From NCBI GenBank assembly GCA_965197475.1, contig CBDANF010000003.1, positions 2,432,001 to 2,496,000 of the forward strand: a stretch of 64,000 nucleotides of DNA, in the 5' to 3' direction. Position 1 is the first letter of the stretch. Each line of letters starts with the position of its first letter. This DNA comes from Candidatus Poribacteria bacterium. GTDB taxonomy: Bacteria; Poribacteria; WGA-4E; WGA-3G. Under the pieces are notes generated by a model. The model was not told where the DNA came from. It made no database searches and worked only from the letters and a program-made list of their open reading frames with translations. Below, piece after piece: positions 60,741-64,000 of the stretch. Both the position numbers and the translations under genes were made by a program.

Positions 60741-61997
60741 TTACGTTGGATTTGTGTTAGCATCAGTGCGTTTGATTACAACTACGGCGCGGTCATCTTT
60801 GAGTTGTGTTGTTCCGCTAAATTCCGTCAAGTCCGTTTGAAGGACATCACAAAGCGATTCCGCGGATAACGTTAGGTTTTTTGAGAAGCAATCAATCAAA
60901 CGTTCTTCACCGTAAAAGTCATTTGGTTTTCGCCCCTCTGTTTCGGTCACACCATCGGTATAAAGTAAAAGGACATCTCCAGGAGATAATAGGCAGGTAT
61001 CAGAGGAAAAAGTTGCGATATCAAACGCTCCTATCAACATACCACCGGTTTCAAGCAACTCAACCTGATGTTGGCTCTTTTCGGCTTGTTCGGCATCTCC
61101 TGAACCTGTTTTGAAATGGATTGGTGGACAGTGTCCGCCGTTGGAATAAGTAAACTTCCCTGTGTCTATTTCTAATATACCGTATACCATTGTGGCAAAT
61201 TGTTCAAGGTCAGTGTTGTGGAAAAGTAAGGTATTAATTCGTTTTAAAACCGTCGCGGGACAATTTGCCTCATTACTTAGCAAACGTGAAGCGGTCTGAA
61301 TCATCACCATCAAAAGCGCAGCCGGAATTCCATGTCCTTTAACATCTCCCAATACAATACTGAGCCGTGTGTCGCTAAGTGGGATAAAATCGTAAAAGTC
61401 ACCGGAAACAGATGTTGAACTTCGAAACGTCGTGGCGAAGTCAAACCCATTAAAAACCGGTGGTTTCTCTGGAAGCAGCTTCAGTTGAATTTCTGCGGCT
61501 GCTTGGAGATGCGACCCGAGTTCAGCCACACCAGCTTCAGTGAAACTTTCACCCATTGCATTTATTAAGGGATTGATGTATTTGACCGGACGCGTTCGCC
61601 CCAAAACGGCATTAATCCGAGCAGTCACCTCTCGTAAATCAAAAGGCTTTGTAATATAGTCGTCTCCACCAATTTCTAACCCGCGTAATTTGTCCTCAGT
61701 TTGTGTTTTTGCTGTCAACCATAGGACAGGAATAGCACGCGTGTCTGTATCTTCCTTCAACTTTTTTATAACTTGTAAACCGTCCATCTGCGGCATCATG
61801 ACATCAAGTAAAATGAGGTCCGGTTGTTCTGCTTTGGCACTTTGGATCCCCTTCATACCATCACTGGCGGTAACGACATTGAATCCATCTGAAGCCAAAC
61901 TCATTTTGAGTAGGGCAAGGATATCAGTATCGTCATCAATTACTAAGATGGTTTCAGTTGATGGTGTAGGTTCAGGCAGTAAAATTGTTTCTGACAT
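60741..61997 (-). CDS. Receiver domain + PP2C (SpoIIE/RsbU) phosphatase
   Basis: LILLDVMMP and KPF; SGDFYD, GDVKGHG, YTDG and DD. Confidence 0.93.
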   Translation of the reverse strand: MSETILLPEPTPSTETILVIDDDTDILALLKMSLASDGFNVVTASDGMKGIQSAKAEQPDLILLDVMMPQMDGLQVIKKLKEDTDTRAIPVLWLTAKTQTEDKLRGLEIGGDDYITKPFDLREVTARINAVLGRTRPVKYINPLINAMGESFTEAGVAELGSHLQAAAEIQLKLLPEKPPVFNGFDFATTFRSSTSVSGDFYDFIPLSDTRLSIVLGDVKGHGIPAALLMVMIQTASRLLSNEANCPATVLKRINTLLFHNTDLEQFATMVYGILEIDTGKFTYSNGGHCPPIHFKTGSGDAEQAEKSQHQVELLETGGMLIGAFDIATFSSDTCLLSPGDVLLLYTDGVTETEGRKPNDFYGEERLIDCFSKNLTLSAESLCDVLQTDLTEFSGTTQLKDDRAVVVIKRTDANTNPT

Positions 61998-62082
61998 ATC
62001 TTTAGCCTCAGTTTTCTATTGAGAGATACTTGGTTAGCAAAACCTTAACTTATAATTTCGTCGGTGTAGAGAACAAAGTTTC

Positions 62083-64000
62083 TTATGATAAAAACGGAAT
62101 CCAGAATTGAAAGTTGCACCCCTTTTCATTTTCACCTACATCTACCCAGATTTTACCCTTATGCGCTTCAACGAATCCACGCGCGATTGAAAGCCCTAAA
62201 CCGGTGCCACCTTGTTCCCGCGTTTGAACATTCCCGAGTTGTCGAAACTTATCAAAGACGTTTTCGCGATCTTGAGCAGGGATACCAGGTCCTGTGTCTA
62301 TCACTTCAACATGGATGCCATCGTTTTTGTCTGTATCGGTAGTCCTATCTTCTAACGGATAATTCTTGCGCGCCAGTTGGACCTTTACTTCGCCGTTTGA
62401 TGGCGTGAATTTAATGGCGTTTCCAATTAGATTGGTGAAAATCTGACCGAGGTGTTCGGTGTCTCCGGTTAGATCGGATAAATCAGGTTGAACACTCAAA
62501 TCTAATTTGATTGTCTTTTCGTCGGCTTGTGGTTTGAGTTCCTCAAGTCGTTGTTGAGCGATTTCAGCAACGTTTACCGGTTCAAGTTTCATTACAATAC
62601 GTCCCGCTTCAATACGCGAGATATCGAGCAAATCATTAATCATCATGGCGAGCCGCTTCGACTGGCGATGTGCGCGTGTTAAACTCTGTTGTTGAACTTC
62701 GTTAAGAGGTCCTGCCTTTCCATCAAGTATCAGTGAGATAAATCCGATGATCGAAGTCAACGGGGTACGCAATTCGTGAGAGACAAGTGCCACAAAATCT
62801 GATTTCATCTTGTCTATCTCATGTTCACGCGTTATATCGTCAAAAACATAGACCATTCCCGCAATACCCACATTTTCATCAGGCAATTCGTCGCCCTTGG
62901 TAGTTGTCTCAATCGAAGAAAACTGACTTGAAACTACACGGAGGATACGATTTTCACCCTCTTGGTCTAAGTTGATCTCAACTGTAGCCCGAGCCTCTTT
63001 CCCATGGGCATTCGCCAAAACAGTTAAGTCTGTGGTGCGTATCAACTCAGTGAAACGATTTGGGAACTGTGCATCCTCACTAAAGTTAAGTAGGTGCTTT
63101 GCGGCAGGGTTAAAGTAAAGGATGTGATCGTTCGTATCAACAACAAGAAGCCCTTCAGCAAGGCAATCAACGATAGTTGTCATCTGTTGTTCGGCAGTGA
63201 TGAGTTTTTCAACAGCGATTTTCAGATTACGGTGCATGTCGTTGAATTCTTGCGCCAACATTCCGACTTCGTTCTTGGTGTCCACAGAAATAAGTTCGGA
63301 TTCCTCATTTTGGTACCATTGCATATTTGCTATCTGTTTTCGGACTTGGTCGGACTCTTCTTGGATAACCTCTTTTGCTTCTTGCCCGATGCGTTTCGCT
63401 GCTTGTGCAAGCTGCATGACCGGTTGGGAAATCTGCTTTGCCACAGCGTAAGCGACTGGCACAACAATAATACACGATAGTATGGTAACCCACAAGACAT
63501 ACTGATTTAGTTTAGCCACGCCTGCATAGGCTTGTGAACTTGGATAAGAAACAAAAACAATCCAATTGGTGAAATTATGCTCATCTTTCCAAAGTTTTAG
63601 TCTTGATCGTTGTGTCCTCGCCCATCCATAAACGCGGGATTCATTGTTACGATCTGCTTCGCCTGCGGCTTCATAGCCGTAGTAATCTCCTTTTTCCTTC
63701 TTTGCCTCAACAATTGCCCTTGTTGCGGCATGTTCCATATACATCTTATCATCTATGTTATACCCGCTTCCTTCTGAAGCAGCAATAATTTTTCCAGATT
63801 GAGTTGTCAGAATTGTATGGGTTTTTTCCATTTCTGGTTGTGTTTCCACTATATTCGAAAGTTCGCGTGTTTCCACTATATTCGAAAGTTCACGTAAAAC
63901 GAGAACAACCCTGAGTATACCAACAATATTGTTTTCAGTTTCTGAAGAAGGTCTTTGATTTCTCATGCGGATTGGGAATGCCACTAAAAGAGAATGCACA
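62083..64000 (-). CDS. Sensor histidine kinase (TM-HAMP-PAS-HisKA-HATPase), 5' end outside window
   Basis: SHELRTPLT, NLIGNAIKF, DTGPGI and GTGLGL motifs. Confidence 0.93.
   Translation of the reverse strand, partial: VHSLLVAFPIRMRNQRPSSETENNIVGILRVVLVLRELSNIVETRELSNIVETQPEMEKTHTILTTQSGKIIAASEGSGYNIDDKMYMEHAATRAIVEAKKEKGDYYGYEAAGEADRNNESRVYGWARTQRSRLKLWKDEHNFTNWIVFVSYPSSQAYAGVAKLNQYVLWVTILSCIIVVPVAYAVAKQISQPVMQLAQAAKRIGQEAKEVIQEESDQVRKQIANMQWYQNEESELISVDTKNEVGMLAQEFNDMHRNLKIAVEKLITAEQQMTTIVDCLAEGLLVVDTNDHILYFNPAAKHLLNFSEDAQFPNRFTELIRTTDLTVLANAHGKEARATVEINLDQEGENRILRVVSSQFSSIETTTKGDELPDENVGIAGMVYVFDDITREHEIDKMKSDFVALVSHELRTPLTSIIGFISLILDGKAGPLNEVQQQSLTRAHRQSKRLAMMINDLLDISRIEAGRIVMKLEPVNVAEIAQQRLEELKPQADEKTIKLDLSVQPDLSDLTGDTEHLGQIFTNLIGNAIKFTPSNGEVKVQLARKNYPLEDRTTDTDKNDGIHVEVIDTGPGIPAQDRENVFDKFRQLGNVQTREQGGTGLGLSIARGFVEAHKGKIWVDVGENEKGCNFQFWIPFLS
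63840..63893. repeat. 27-bp in-frame tandem duplication (RELSNIVET x2)
   Basis: GTGTTTCCACTATATTCGAAAGTTC(G/A)C repeated twice. Confidence 0.9.

Overview
64-kb bacterial window, mostly minus-strand genes. The gene content suggests Candidatus Poribacteria, a sponge symbiont (inference: expanded signal-peptide WD40 proteins, PhyH dioxygenase, NHL and TPR proteins, LpxI, dense REP/MITE repeats). Housekeeping and metabolic genes include lpxI, a MacB-type permease, a Wza/SLBB export protein, an enolase-family enzyme, an ABC exporter plus DUF1854, a HisN-like phosphatase, a zinc metalloprotease, galK, a ROK kinase and an HK/RsbU/RsbW/RsbV partner-switching module. These are interleaved with many mobile elements: IS1595, IS630, IS5 and ISAs1 elements or remnants, and at least four MITE types. 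Best leads: (1) a 4.3-kb cassette (outer-membrane barrel plus two lipoproteins) bracketed by inverted MITEs and a 5-bp target duplication, i.e. a transposase-less composite transposon; (2) an IS1595 element with perfect 29-bp TIRs carrying a promoter, a predicted kissing-loop RNA, a small membrane protein with a sequestered SD and a second cargo gene whose homolog sits in the neighbouring IS1595; (3) a Zn-finger-HNH-WYL protein; (4) a PRTase-DprA pair resembling ShosTA; (5) a FAIM-like protein; (6) mosaic WD40 paralogs with an apparently dead zincin domain. No rRNA, tRNA or CRISPR array was found. All family calls come from motif recognition by eye; no searches were run.
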